A DNA stretch of 64,000 nucleotides, from contig JAXGYC010000009.1 of the NCBI GenBank assembly GCA_040772485.1, forward strand, positions 128,001-192,000, written 5' to 3'. Shown in pieces: positions 19,518 through 28,790 of this stretch. How positions within the stretch are numbered: the stretch's first letter is position 1; each line of letters opens with the position of its first letter. Position numbers and translations under genes: made by a program. The stretch is from Sedimentisphaerales bacterium. Its GTDB lineage: Bacteria > Planctomycetota > Phycisphaerae > Sedimentisphaerales > Anaerobacaceae. Below the pieces are notes generated by a model. It did not search any database. It was not told where the DNA came from and was given only the letters and a program-made list of their open reading frames with translations.

Positions 19518-20284
19518 AGCGTTCGGGTGCGCCGCGCACTGGCGGCTATGAGTGGCTGGCTTGGGGTGAAGGAGCTGTGGATGGAACGAAGAAGGGTATA
19601 GTGACGACCCCTGACGGCGGGACAGTGCTATATGATCCGAAGGACTGGGATATCAAATGTGATTCCCTCGGCTGTCACATCCGCTGGTCCTGGAGCGTTG
19701 ACACACCCGGCCGGGTGAGCATCAGGGGGAGGGCCGTGAATCTATGGTTATCCCCATCCACCCCTACGCTTCGAGCCGAAGTCAAGGACGTCAACAGTAC
19801 ACTCGTCGGCACGTTCGAATTCGAGTTGCTACGGTTCAAAGGCATGAGAATGTTTGAGACGTGCGTATTGGCGTATTCCTTCCCCTGGGATCTGCGGGAT
19901 GGCCAAGCAGTCGAATTGGACGTCGTGGCACCACAACCAGATCCAGATACTCGGCTTACAGAAGTTGAATCGACCGGGTCCAGACTGGCCAAGGTGACGG
20001 CCGCCAACGTGCAAATTGCCCAGATCGAAGTCGCCCTGGACGCCTTTGAGGTTGATCTCGGTCGCTATCCGACGACCAGCGAAGGTCTGGGAGCCCTGAT
20101 CGAGAAACCGGCCTCGGACTCCGAGGGGTGGCAGCGGCCCTATCTCAAACGTGATCTCCCCAAGGACCCGTGGGACAGCGAGTACCAGTATCGCTATCCG
20201 GGCACCTACAACAAGGATGGCTACGACCTCTACAGTCTCGGGCCGGACCGGAAGCTGGGCGGCGACGATGATATCACCAACTAG
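19475..20284 (+). CDS. Protein with C-terminal GspG (T2SS pseudopilin) globular domain, no prepilin N-terminus
   Basis: ALDAFEVDLGRYPTTSEGLGALI...PYLKRDLPKDPW...YQYRYPG...YDLYSLGPD...GGDDDITN. Confidence 0.75.
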   Translation: MCPPLDDTLYSAMLKRSGAPRTGGYEWLAWGEGAVDGTKKGIVTTPDGGTVLYDPKDWDIKCDSLGCHIRWSWSVDTPGRVSIRGRAVNLWLSPSTPTLRAEVKDVNSTLVGTFEFELLRFKGMRMFETCVLAYSFPWDLRDGQAVELDVVAPQPDPDTRLTEVESTGSRLAKVTAANVQIAQIEVALDAFEVDLGRYPTTSEGLGALIEKPASDSEGWQRPYLKRDLPKDPWDSEYQYRYPGTYNKDGYDLYSLGPDRKLGGDDDITN

Positions 20285-20354
20285 GCGACGGACAGACGAT
20301 GGTAAAGAGGGGACAACCCCCGCTCGCGTTGTTGGGCGCCCGGGCAGATCACTC

Positions 20355-20383
20355 TTGTCGAGGGGGGGCCGCGCTGGTATGAT
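20355..20383 (+). promoter_or_regulatory. sigma70 promoter, likely leaderless, of the TA operon
   Basis: TTGTCG-17 bp-TATGAT with TG extension, 6 nt, ATG 20390. Confidence 0.6.
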
Positions 20384-20389
20384 ATGGGC

Positions 20390-20575
20390 ATGACGAGCAA
20401 GGAAATCGCACTGAAGACGATCGAGCAACTCCCCGAGAGCGCCTCGTGGGAGGATATTCAGGAGCGCATCAACTTCATCGTTGGTGTTCGCAAGGGCCTT
20501 CGCGAACTGGACGAGGGCCAGGGTATCCCCCATGACCAGGTCAGGGAGGAGTTCGCCGAATGGCTTACCGACTGA
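20390..20575 (+). CDS. Type II antitoxin
   Basis: 61 aa, IEQLPESASWEDIQERI...GLRELDEGQGIPHDQV; overlaps the toxin start. Confidence 0.8.
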   Translation: MTSKEIALKTIEQLPESASWEDIQERINFIVGVRKGLRELDEGQGIPHDQVREEFAEWLTD

Positions 20576-20856
20576 CCTGGGCCCCTTCGGCCCGTCTGGA
20601 CCTGAAGGAACTGGCGTCGTTCATCGCGGAATCCCGCCCGGTTGCGGCTGGTCACTTCGTGAGACAGATACTCCACGCCGTTGAACGCCTCGCCGATTTC
20701 CCCGAATCTGGGCGGGTGGTCCCGGAGTTCGACCAGACAAGCATCCGCGAGGTCGTCTGTCGCCCCTGCAGGATCGTGTACCGGGTCAAGCCCGAAGAAC
20801 ACACGGTCGAGATCGCGCGAGTCTGGCACGCCGCACGGGGAATTCCTCAGCTTTGA
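20560..20856 (+). CDS. RelE/ParE family toxin
   Basis: LTWAPSARLDLKEL, LADFPESGRVVPE, RIVYRV, IARVWHAAR. Confidence 0.92.
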   Translation: MAYRLTWAPSARLDLKELASFIAESRPVAAGHFVRQILHAVERLADFPESGRVVPEFDQTSIREVVCRPCRIVYRVKPEEHTVEIARVWHAARGIPQL

Positions 20857-20999
20857 GTCAAGCCCGAGCGAGGGCGGCTCGATATTCTGCATCTTATACC
20901 TCGCATCGTGCACCGGGACGATGTTGGAGCGGCAGGCCCAAACAGGTTTGTATGGGTCCCATTCTTGCTGTCCAGGGGGTGTCGGGAGCGGTAGAATTC

Positions 21000-21090
21000 G
21001 TTTGTAGTGTGCTCGTGAGAGCAAACAAGACCGTACCGCCTGACGGCGGCACTACAGACAAGGGGCGAAGGTGTGCGATGCACACCCTAC
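21000..21090. repeat. Family A REPIN copy 4 (21000-21059) plus family B REP (21070-21090)
   Basis: GTTTGTAGTG-TGCTC-GTGA-GAGCA ... CCGCC-TGAC-GGCGG-CACTACAGAC; GGTGTGC-GAT-GCACACC-CTAC. Confidence 0.8.
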
Positions 21091-21119
21091 GAACAGGTGC
21101 GAAGAAGGGAGTTGAGAGA

Positions 21120-23126
21120 ATGAGCGATCCTCTGTCGTTCCGTCTGAATCGTTTCTCGATTGTCAGCTTGCTTGCGTTGTCGGTGGCGTGCAGCGCGCCG
21201 GCGGCGCGGGGCGACGGGGTTCCCGGCGTCGAGGAGCTGTGTCGGCTGGACCGGCTGGCGATGTTCCGCGAATCGGTTCACGTCGCATCGGTGTCGAGCT
21301 ACGACCGGACGGGAGGCAACAACGACGGGTTCGGCGGGCAGTTCTCTTTCGTGCGGAAGGAGCCGGGCGGGCTGGTGCTGGCCGACCTCGAAGGGCCCGG
21401 CGTGATCTACCGCATCTGGACGCCCACGCCGACCGACGACGTGATGGAGTTCTACTTCGACGGTGAGAGCGAGCCGCGAATCCGCGTCAAGTTCCGCGAG
21501 CTGTTCATGGGCACGCATCCGGCGTTCGAGCGGCCGCTCGTCGGCTTCGGCGCCGGCGGCTTCTACAGCTACGTCCCGTTGCCCTACGCCCAGTCGTGCA
21601 AGGTCTTCATCCGCGCCGAGCGGATGCAGTTCTACCAGATCAACTACGCGACGTACCCCGATGGCATGGGCATCGAGAGCTTCACCGCCGCACCGAGCGC
21701 CGAGCAGCGTGCGCAGATCGAGAAGGCCAAAACGCTTTTCGCCTCCGCGGGCAAGGACATCAGCGCATACGTCTGCCCCGAAGGCGCCGGCATCGAGCCG
21801 GTGGGGACGAAGGTGACGCTCAAGGCGGGCCAGGCGACGACGGTCTTCAAGGTCGATCGGCCGGGGCGGATCGTGGGCATTCGGCTCTCGCCGGCCGAGG
21901 CGCTCGTGGGCAAGGACCGTGACATCGTGCTGCGGGCCTATTGGGATGGCGACACGCAGCCTGCGATTCTCAGTCCGGCGGGCGACTTCTTCGGCTACGC
22001 CTGGGGCGAGCCGGCGACGAAATCGCTGCTGCTCGGCACCGCCGACGGCGTGAACTATTGCTACTTCCCGATGCCGTTCGACGAGTCGGCGCGGATCGAG
22101 ATGCACGCCGAACCTGGGATGGACCGAAGCGTCACGGTGCAGGCCGAGGTGCTGTTCGTTCCGGTCGCGCGGAGGCCGAACGAAGGCAAGTTCTACGCGC
22201 TGTGGCGCCGCGAGAACCCGACGACCAAGGGCAAGCCCTTCACGTTCATCGAGACCGAAGGACGCGGCCACCTGGTCGGCGTCGTGCAGCAGTCGCAGGG
22301 GCTCGAATCGGGCAACACGTATTTCTTCGAAGGCGACGACCAGACGACGATCGACGGACAGCTCGTGATCCACGGAACCGGCTCGGAGGATTTCTACAAC
22401 GGCGGCTGGTACGATGTGCCCGGGCGGTGGGAGACGCGGCGGTCGTTCGTGCTCAGCGGCTGCCTGGCGTACAAGAAGCACCTCGGCCGGACCGGGGCGT
22501 ATCGGCTCTTCCTCGGCGACGCCTACGCCTACCGCAAGAGCCTGCTCCAGACCATCGAGCACGCGCCGACGAACAACGACCTGCTGAACGACTATTGCGG
22601 CCTGACCCTGCTGTACTCGCAGGAGAGGCCCACGTGCGAGTTTATCCTGCCGGCGGCGAAGGACCGGGGTGTGGTGGACCCCGCGCGGATCGTCTTTGCG
22701 GTCTGGTGGAACGTCCCGATCTATTCGTTCTCGCTCCGCAACGCCACGTTGACCAAAGAGGGCCAGACCTTCGACGGCAAAGAGGTTCGCTACCTCTCGA
22801 TGCGGGCTAAAGACCAGGAGTCGTTCGGCGCGCACAGCATCAGTTTCACGTGCGAGATTCCGGCGGCCGGAACGTACAAGGTCAGCATCGACGCGGTCAA
22901 GGGTCCGCAGCAGGGCAAGGTGCAACTCTTCGTCGACGAGGTTCCCGTCGGGCCCGAGGTGGATCTCTACAGCGCCGAGGCAAAGCCGTTGCAGGACGAG
23001 TTCGTCGGCACGATGCCGATGGAGCAGGGCCTCAACAACCTGATGTTCAAGATCGTAGGCAAGAACGAGCGATCCGAGATGCAGGGATTCGATCTGACGA
23101 ACATCATCTGCGAACGCACGGAATGA
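21120..23126 (+). CDS. DUF2961 (GH172-like) glycoside hydrolase, secreted or lipoprotein
   Basis: SSYDRTGGNNDG, GPGVIYRIW, FFEGDD, HGTGSEDFYNGGWY. Confidence 0.88.
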   Translation: MSDPLSFRLNRFSIVSLLALSVACSAPAARGDGVPGVEELCRLDRLAMFRESVHVASVSSYDRTGGNNDGFGGQFSFVRKEPGGLVLADLEGPGVIYRIWTPTPTDDVMEFYFDGESEPRIRVKFRELFMGTHPAFERPLVGFGAGGFYSYVPLPYAQSCKVFIRAERMQFYQINYATYPDGMGIESFTAAPSAEQRAQIEKAKTLFASAGKDISAYVCPEGAGIEPVGTKVTLKAGQATTVFKVDRPGRIVGIRLSPAEALVGKDRDIVLRAYWDGDTQPAILSPAGDFFGYAWGEPATKSLLLGTADGVNYCYFPMPFDESARIEMHAEPGMDRSVTVQAEVLFVPVARRPNEGKFYALWRRENPTTKGKPFTFIETEGRGHLVGVVQQSQGLESGNTYFFEGDDQTTIDGQLVIHGTGSEDFYNGGWYDVPGRWETRRSFVLSGCLAYKKHLGRTGAYRLFLGDAYAYRKSLLQTIEHAPTNNDLLNDYCGLTLLYSQERPTCEFILPAAKDRGVVDPARIVFAVWWNVPIYSFSLRNATLTKEGQTFDGKEVRYLSMRAKDQESFGAHSISFTCEIPAAGTYKVSIDAVKGPQQGKVQLFVDEVPVGPEVDLYSAEAKPLQDEFVGTMPMEQGLNNLMFKIVGKNERSEMQGFDLTNIICERTE

Positions 23127-23129
23127 CTA

Positions 23130-23153
23130 TGCCCTTACGGGCACACTACAAAC
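23130..23153 (-). repeat. Single family A REP
   Basis: Minus strand GTTTGTAGTG-TGCCC-GTAA-GGGCA, 3 nt after a stop codon. Confidence 0.75.
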
Positions 23154-23190
23154 GGCCAGGAGACTTGGGATGGATTGTGGGAGCGAAACA

Positions 23191-25998
23191 ATGGGCGTCG
23201 AGAATCGGTGTCGAGCGGCGATGGTCCTTCTGTTCTGCGCCTTGTTGGGGTTCGGTGGTTCGGTGCGGGCGGCCGACGATACGGTGTTGCCGTTCGTGGC
23301 GGACGCGGATTACGATCCGGCGATTCCGACGCCGGAGAGGATCGTAGGCCATGCTGTGGCCGAGAAGGCGGTGCGCTATCCTTCGCTCGTCGCCTATCTG
23401 CACGCGCTGGCGGAGGCGTCGAATCGGGTGACATTGACGAGCTACGGTCGGACGCACGAGGGCCGGACGTTGTATTACCTGACGATCACCGATCCGGCCA
23501 ACCACGAGCGGCTCGACCAGATCAAGACCGACAACGCCCGGCTCGCCGATCCGCGCACGCTCGACGACGCCGAACAGGGCGATCGGCTGGCCGGCGAGCT
23601 TCCGGCGGTCGCGTGGATGAACTACAGCATTCATGGCGATGAGCTGTCGAGCACCGACGCCGCCATGTTCGTCGCCTATCATCTGGCGGCCTCGCGCAGT
23701 GACGCCGATCGCGACCTGCTTCGGCAGGTGGTTGTCCACCTCAACCCGCTGGTCAATCCGGATGGACGCGAGCGGTACCTCAGCCACCTCCAGCAGCTCA
23801 CCGGCGCCGTCTCCAGTCCCGACCTCCAGTCGATGCAGCACCAGGCCCTCTGGTCGCGCGGGCGCGGCAACCATTATCAGTTCGACTTGAACCGCGACTG
23901 GCTCGTCCATCTTCAGCCGGAGGTGGCGCCGCTGGCCCAGGCCATCCTGGTGTGGAATCCGCATTTGCTCGTGGACTCGCACGAGCAGGGCGCGTACGAC
24001 ACGTATCTGTTCGATCCGCCGCGAGACCCGATCAACATTCACCTCTCGCCAAAGGTGCTCGCCTGGCGAACGCGATTCAGCGCCGACCAGGCGGCGGCGT
24101 TCAATCGCTACGGCTGGAGTTACTACACCAAGGATTGGTACTCCGAATGGAGCCCGATCTACGCCAACGCCTGGGCGAGCCTGCAGGGCGCGATCGGCCT
24201 GCTCTACGAACAGGCGCGGACCGACGCCGCATCCGTCAAGCATCCGACCGGCCAGGAGATCACCTACCGCGAAACGGTGCACCATCACGTCGTCAGTTCA
24301 CTGGCCAATCTCCAGACGCTCTGCGCCAACCGCAGCGAGATCCTGAGCGATTTCCTTCGCGACCGGCGAGAGGCGGTGGCGGGCGAGACGCCGGGCGAGG
24401 CGTTCCTGCTGCCGCCGGCGTCCGATACGGCCCGGTGGAGCCGCTTCGTCTCGCTGCTCCGGCTTCAGGGCCTCGACGTGGGATTTGCGCGGGCGGCCTT
24501 CCCGGCGTACAACGTGACGGACCTGTGGGGCCAATCGCACGAGAGCCGCACGCTGCCGGCCGGAACGCTCGTGGTCCGCTCGAACCAGCCGCGCGAGCGG
24601 ATGCTCCGCGCTCTGTGCGAATTCGATCCGCATCTGACCGAGAGCTTTCTGCGCGAGGAGCGCAAAGAGCTGGAGAACCGCCGTGGGACGCTGCTGTACG
24701 ATGCCTCGTCGTGGAATTTGCCCATGAATTTCGGCCTGGATGCCTGCTGGGCCAAGGCGATATCCGACGTCGAAATCGGCGCCCATGCGCCCGGCTCGAC
24801 ACAAGACGCGACTGCGTTGCTCAGCGGAGGCTATGGCTACCTGATCGATTTCCAGAGTTCCGATGCGTATCGGGTTCTGGTTCGCCTGTTCGAGAGCGGC
24901 TGTCACCCGCGCATCGCGATCCGGCCGTTCCGCATCGGCCAGACCAGCTTCGCGCCCGGCACGATCCTGCTGCGAGGCCATGAGAACCCCGGTGACGTCG
25001 CGGACCTGCTGCGCAAAGCGACGGCGGACCTCGACGTCACCGTCCGCGCCGTGGACACGGCACTCGTGCAGGATGGGCCCGACCTGGGCAGCGGCAAGTT
25101 CGAGCTGCTGACGGCGCCGCGCGTGGCGATTGCCTCGCAGTGGCCCGTTCGCTCGACGTCGTTCGGGTCGGTCTGGCATCTGCTCGACCATCAACTGGGC
25201 CTGCGCAACTCGCCGATCAACGTGCAGGACCTGGGCAGCGTCGATCTGCGCAAATACAACGTGCTGATCCTGCCCGACAGCGGCGGTCTGGATCGCGTGC
25301 TCTCCGATGGAACGGTCGAAAAGATCAAGCGATGGGTCCAGAGCGGCGGCACCCTGATCGCGATCGGCGGCTCGGCGGCCTTCGCGACCGCGAAGGAGCG
25401 GGGACTGTCGTCGGTGCGTCTGCGGCGCGACGTCCTGAATCAGCTCGATGAATACGCCGAGGCGGTCGCGCGGGAGCGCAGCGCGCAGGATGTCCAGATC
25501 GATCCGAACCGGATCTGGCAGGCGCCGCAGGCCAAAGAGCCGAACAAGGACGAAGCGAAGGCGGCGGACGAGTCGAAGAAGAAAGAAGATATCGAGGCTC
25601 TCAAACGCGCCGACGAGTGGCAGCGTCTGTTCAGCCCGACGGGCACGTTCGTGCTGGGTCTGGTCCATCCGGAGCACTGGTTGGGCTACGGACTGGGCGA
25701 GAAGCTGCCGGTCATGTTCCTTGGTTCGAGCGTCTTTCTGTCGAAACACCCGGCGGCCACGCCCGTTCGCCTGGCCGAGGCGGGCCGGCTGCGGCTGAGC
25801 GGCCTGCTCTGGCCCGAGGCCCGCGAGCGGCTGGCCGACAGCGCCTATGTCACCGTCGAGTCGAGTGGCGGCGGTCAGGTGATCCTCTTCGCGACCGATC
25901 CGACGTTCCGCATGTGGCTGGCGGGCCAGCAGCGCCTGCTGCTCAACGCGGTCCTGCTCGGTCCGGGTCTGGGGGCCTCACCGGCTGTGCCCTGGTGA
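23191..25998 (+). CDS. M14 family zinc carboxypeptidase, secreted
   Basis: IHGDE, NPDGRER, RGNHYQFDLNRDW, DSHEQ; C-terminal GATase-like segment. Confidence 0.9.
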   Translation: MGVENRCRAAMVLLFCALLGFGGSVRAADDTVLPFVADADYDPAIPTPERIVGHAVAEKAVRYPSLVAYLHALAEASNRVTLTSYGRTHEGRTLYYLTITDPANHERLDQIKTDNARLADPRTLDDAEQGDRLAGELPAVAWMNYSIHGDELSSTDAAMFVAYHLAASRSDADRDLLRQVVVHLNPLVNPDGRERYLSHLQQLTGAVSSPDLQSMQHQALWSRGRGNHYQFDLNRDWLVHLQPEVAPLAQAILVWNPHLLVDSHEQGAYDTYLFDPPRDPINIHLSPKVLAWRTRFSADQAAAFNRYGWSYYTKDWYSEWSPIYANAWASLQGAIGLLYEQARTDAASVKHPTGQEITYRETVHHHVVSSLANLQTLCANRSEILSDFLRDRREAVAGETPGEAFLLPPASDTARWSRFVSLLRLQGLDVGFARAAFPAYNVTDLWGQSHESRTLPAGTLVVRSNQPRERMLRALCEFDPHLTESFLREERKELENRRGTLLYDASSWNLPMNFGLDACWAKAISDVEIGAHAPGSTQDATALLSGGYGYLIDFQSSDAYRVLVRLFESGCHPRIAIRPFRIGQTSFAPGTILLRGHENPGDVADLLRKATADLDVTVRAVDTALVQDGPDLGSGKFELLTAPRVAIASQWPVRSTSFGSVWHLLDHQLGLRNSPINVQDLGSVDLRKYNVLILPDSGGLDRVLSDGTVEKIKRWVQSGGTLIAIGGSAAFATAKERGLSSVRLRRDVLNQLDEYAEAVARERSAQDVQIDPNRIWQAPQAKEPNKDEAKAADESKKKEDIEALKRADEWQRLFSPTGTFVLGLVHPEHWLGYGLGEKLPVMFLGSSVFLSKHPAATPVRLAEAGRLRLSGLLWPEARERLADSAYVTVESSGGGQVILFATDPTFRMWLAGQQRLLLNAVLLGPGLGASPAVPW

Positions 25999-26209
25999 GG
26001 GCGGCGCGGAAAGCGCGCTGAGGCGGTCCCGCATTGTGCGGAAAATCCTTGTGACCGTCCGGTGTCGCTGGCCCGGTCGATACCCTTGGCGGCACGCGCA
26101 CGCGCGTCAAACGCACCCGAAGAGTACGGATAACGCCGTGATTATCGGAACATGGTTCCCGTCTCGGACAAGCTCCCGATGGGGGACCGGCGTTCGAGAG
26201 TCGCCGGCC

Positions 26210-26238
26210 TTGATGGTCTGACCTGCCGGGTGTATAAT
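26210..26238 (+). promoter_or_regulatory. sigma70 promoter upstream of the DUF4056 pair
   Basis: TTGATG-17 bp-TATAAT. Confidence 0.55.
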
Positions 26239-26365
26239 AGAAAGCGAATTGGGCAATTGGCTGCTCGACGGGCGTTCGGAACGCCGCCTCGAAAGTACAA
26301 CTCATTGCAGGGACACGTCTTGACGGGTCAAAGGACTGTAGTTGAAGCTTGGACGAAGTCCGACC

Positions 26366-27523
26366 ATGAAGACACACGACACATCGCGGCTATGGCTTGT
26401 CATTGTCCTTCTGCCGCTGGCGCTGACTGGCGCCGGCTGCGGCCTGTGGCCTGACTCCGCCCGATCCGGGCGGGCCAGCGGGGTGATCCGGGAGGGATTC
26501 GACCGAATCCCGCGGACCCGGTATGGTTGCTACGCCGCGGCCATCCCCGGCATGACGTTCCTTGGCAGCGACCTGGGAACCCACAGCTATCAGTGGTCTC
26601 TCTTCGAGAAAGGCGGCATTGCCTACACCTGCCGGGGCGGCCATATCGACATCACCCACATGCGGATCGGCATCGATTGGACGGCGTACCTGGCCGCCGA
26701 GAGCTACAAGCGTCTGATGCGAGGCGATCCCGGCTTCTCGTGCAAGATGCCTGTGGACCGGTCGCGCACGCACGTCCGAATCTCCTACCCGCCGGATTGG
26801 GATGACCTGCCCGAAGAGCAGCGCGCGGCCATTGCCGAGAAGGTGGCCCTGGCCCTCGGCCCTTACCTGACCTTTACGATGGTCTCCTGGCACGAGATCA
26901 CTACCTGGTACGGCTACAAGTGCATGGGGATTCCGGTCGAATACGACTCGGCCTTCAGTTGGGAGGACTCCTACTCCAACCTGCTGGGCACGCGGATTGC
27001 GTTGCAGGCTCTCCAGGACACCGAGCGCCCGTACGACGAGGCCGTGACGGTGGCCATCGATGAAGAGATGCAGAGGCTCGGCGTGCTGCCGTCGGCCCGA
27101 CAGGCCCGTCGGGTGAGCCGGGCCATGAAAGGGCAGTGGTACAGCGGCACCTTCCTGCTGCTGTTCGACATGAAGAAGCGCAACTTCGATATCGGGCTGG
27201 ACGATGGGCGTGTTACGCCGACGTGTGTGCCCGACGTGGCGCAATGTCCCGATTGCGAGCCGCTGTCGTATCCGGTTCCAACCCTCGAAGTCCTTGCGGA
27301 ATACGGGTTCTCGGCAACGGTCGAGATCGAGCCGCGGGAGTGGGAAAAAGACAGGATTCTGCGCATCGTGTTCGGTGACGAACCGCAGAAGCGCATCAAC
27401 GTCGAGACCCATCTGGCCGTCATCATGGACCGCATCCAGCGGGAAGCGGCGGCGAAATATGGCCCGGAGTATGATCCCGACCACCCGCAAACCGAACCGC
27501 AGTACGTCCTGACGGGTATGTGA
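26366..27523 (+). CDS. DUF4056-like lipoprotein
   Basis: Lipobox GAGC; YTCRGGHIDITH, WHEITTWYG, SAFSWEDSYSNLLG. Confidence 0.8.
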   Translation: MKTHDTSRLWLVIVLLPLALTGAGCGLWPDSARSGRASGVIREGFDRIPRTRYGCYAAAIPGMTFLGSDLGTHSYQWSLFEKGGIAYTCRGGHIDITHMRIGIDWTAYLAAESYKRLMRGDPGFSCKMPVDRSRTHVRISYPPDWDDLPEEQRAAIAEKVALALGPYLTFTMVSWHEITTWYGYKCMGIPVEYDSAFSWEDSYSNLLGTRIALQALQDTERPYDEAVTVAIDEEMQRLGVLPSARQARRVSRAMKGQWYSGTFLLLFDMKKRNFDIGLDDGRVTPTCVPDVAQCPDCEPLSYPVPTLEVLAEYGFSATVEIEPREWEKDRILRIVFGDEPQKRINVETHLAVIMDRIQREAAAKYGPEYDPDHPQTEPQYVLTGM

Positions 27524-27573
27524 TGGTGTCGCCCATCGTGTGGCGTGTCGGGGTCGCATGAGGTAGGAAAGCC

Positions 27574-28776
27574 ATGAGAAACCATCCCGCACTGTATGGG
27601 CTGTCGCTGGCAGGTCTATTGCTGTTGGCCGTGGCCGGTTGCGGGCTCATTCCCGACAAGGGCCTTCGCGGTCCGGCCAGTGACGTCGTCGTCAACGGGT
27701 TCAACTTCGGACCACGGATTCGCTACGGAGCTTACCCGACCGCGATCCTCGGAACGCCTTGGGCGGGCCAGGACCTCGGGACCCACGGGTACTACTTCCG
27801 CCTGTCGGAGAAGAACGGCATCGCCTGCGCGTGCCGGGCGGGACATGTGGACATCATGCACGTTCGCATCGCCGCCGACTGGACCGCCTATCTGGCGAGC
27901 CGGAGCTATCGCCACATCATGCGGGGCGATGAATCTTTCTCGTACAAACTGCTCGTCGACCGCTCGCGGAACTACGTGCACATCTCCTATCCGGACGACT
28001 GGCAGACGCTCCCCGAGGACCAGCGGAGGCGGATCGCTCGCGAGGTGGCCCTGGCGATGGGACCGTACCTGACCTTCGCGATGACCACGTGGCATGAGAT
28101 CATCACCTGGTACGGCTTCCAGTGCATCGGCCTGCCCACGGAGTACGCCTCGGCGTTCAGTTGGGAAGACTCGTACTCCAATCTGCTCGGTACGATCCTG
28201 GCCACGCGGGCCCTGAGCGATACCGAACACCGCTATGACGAAGCCATGACGATCGCTCTCGACGAGGAGATGCAGACGCTCGGCGTCCAGGCGGCCAGAG
28301 CCTCGAAGCAAAACAGCGAGGCCGTCTACGGGATTTGGTACAAGGGCCGGCTCCCGATGTTCGTGGACCTGTGGCGAAGGAACTTCGACATCGGATTGCA
28401 CGACGGCATGGTCACGCCGACGCTGTTGCCTGACATGCCGAGCTGCGAAGACGCCGAACCGATCTCGTATCCCGTGCCCACGCTCGACGTCCTGGCCGAG
28501 CACGGGTTCGCCATCCGTGTGGAGATCGAGCCGCGCGAGTGGGAGAAGAACAAGGTCCTTCGCGTCGTTCACCCCGACAAGAAGGGCAAGCGCATCCTGC
28601 CCGAAGAGCATTTTCCGCGTATCATGGCCCGGATCCGCGCGGAGGCCGAAGCGAAGTACGGCCGCGAGATGGTAGCCGACCCGCGTCCCGCGATCCTTCC
28701 GGATGAAGCCGTCGCCGCGCACGACGCCGCGACGCCGGGCGAGACGAATTCCGGCCATGTTCTCTCGGGGGAGTGA
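27574..28776 (+). CDS. DUF4056-like lipoprotein, tandem paralog
   Basis: Lipobox VAGC; GHVDIMH, WHEIITWYG, SAFSWEDSYSNLLG. Confidence 0.8.
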   Translation: MRNHPALYGLSLAGLLLLAVAGCGLIPDKGLRGPASDVVVNGFNFGPRIRYGAYPTAILGTPWAGQDLGTHGYYFRLSEKNGIACACRAGHVDIMHVRIAADWTAYLASRSYRHIMRGDESFSYKLLVDRSRNYVHISYPDDWQTLPEDQRRRIAREVALAMGPYLTFAMTTWHEIITWYGFQCIGLPTEYASAFSWEDSYSNLLGTILATRALSDTEHRYDEAMTIALDEEMQTLGVQAARASKQNSEAVYGIWYKGRLPMFVDLWRRNFDIGLHDGMVTPTLLPDMPSCEDAEPISYPVPTLDVLAEHGFAIRVEIEPREWEKNKVLRVVHPDKKGKRILPEEHFPRIMARIRAEAEAKYGREMVADPRPAILPDEAVAAHDAATPGETNSGHVLSGE

Positions 28777-28790
28777 CGCAGCGGAGGGAA

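Noticed and set aside
5248..23153. Family A palindromes as integron attC sites or CRISPR repeats
   Set aside because: The ends read GTT...AAC, the reverse of the attC arrangement. Copies are kilobases apart, and no integron integrase or cas gene is present
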